NCBI GenBank assembly: GCA_010093995.1
Contig: ML992503.1
Span: forward strand, 1,293,234 to 1,357,233
Length of the DNA: 64,000 nucleotides
Source: Elsinoe ampelina
Lineage: Eukaryota
Direction: 5' to 3'
Both the position numbers and the translations under genes were made by a program. Below the pieces are notes generated by a model. The model searched no databases. It saw nothing but the letters and a program-made list of their open reading frames with translations, and was not told the origin of the DNA. Shown here piece by piece: positions 63,442-64,000 of the stretch (the first letter of the stretch is position 1; each line of letters opens with the position of its first letter).

Positions 63442-63582
63442 CCGAGGAGAACTTGATTTGAACCCGGGGCCTTTGCTCTGAGTCAGAGCTGCGCTGAAGA
63501 AGGTGATGGCCCAAACTCGGTCGACTGCTTGTGAGGGCAGAAGACTTGGTTTTACTACTTAACCACTTGAGCTACGCTCGCG
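63442..63582 (-). other. tRNA-like relic (Pol III A and B boxes); tRNA pseudogene or SINE head
   Basis: Minus strand GTAGCTCAAGTGGTTAAG (63575-63558) and GGTTCAAATC (63464-63455); T-stem and acceptor stem do not pair properly. Confidence 0.4.
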
Positions 63583-64000
63583 CGGTTGTTCGATGGGGGG
63601 GTAGCTGACAAAGTGACGTTATATAGTTAGTGATCTTGAAAGGGGACTTGATGGCATATGGTCGGAATCGAGGAAGGACTGAGAGAGAAATTCGTAGATA
63701 TTCACCTGAAAGCGATGGGTCATGCTTGCGTGAATCAAGGAAATCGAAATTATTACAACCTGTCGTGCTCGGAGTCTGCCCAACGTTCGAGGCTGGAGAG
63801 GATCGCAACAGGATCCTTCCAAGTACGCCGCTGCTCTACGTAGCCCCGTTCTCAAGCCTCGAGACACCACCTCACCCAAAGAGATTGGCGTTGTCCGGGT
63901 CGTTCCACAGCATAACCCTCTTGCCCTTCTCCCTTCCCAGCACCGGCACCATGTTGCCCTTCATATCAGCACCGGGTCCTACCACATCCGTCTTCCCGTC

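Noticed and set aside
63442..63582. Functional tRNA gene
   Set aside because: T-stem and acceptor stem do not pair and no clean anticodon arm is visible.

Overview
Gene-dense window from a filamentous ascomycete (Pezizomycotina, probably a Dothideomycete; inferred from gene content, short introns with CTRAC-type branch sites and RIP). About 1-52.5 kb holds mostly housekeeping genes: an HGT1-type sugar porter, a Pho2/Hoy1-like homeobox factor, POL3, a SIRT5-like sirtuin, a CofD/UPF0052-like protein, complex I 14 kDa subunit, an Shg1/BOD1-domain RS protein, GCD2, a DUF4598-like protein, a variant eIF4E, PFA3, a C2H2+Zn2Cys6 factor, TEL1 and NUP192. It also holds a lineage-specific C2H2 gene, three adjacent BTB-like genes and an intronless, bacterial MobA-like flavoprotein hydroxylase. 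53571-60527 is a full-length, RIP-destroyed chromoviral Ty3/Gypsy element (minus strand, 463-bp LTRs, TATAT target-site duplication, 825-N gap). The most striking observation is an extra antisense reading frame between its pol and 3' LTR, which de-RIPs to a GAL4-type Zn(II)2Cys6 cluster plus coiled coil. The right end has a gene with a C-terminal F-box, three ~140-bp tandem repeats and a tRNA-like relic. All family assignments are from motif recognition only; no searches were run.
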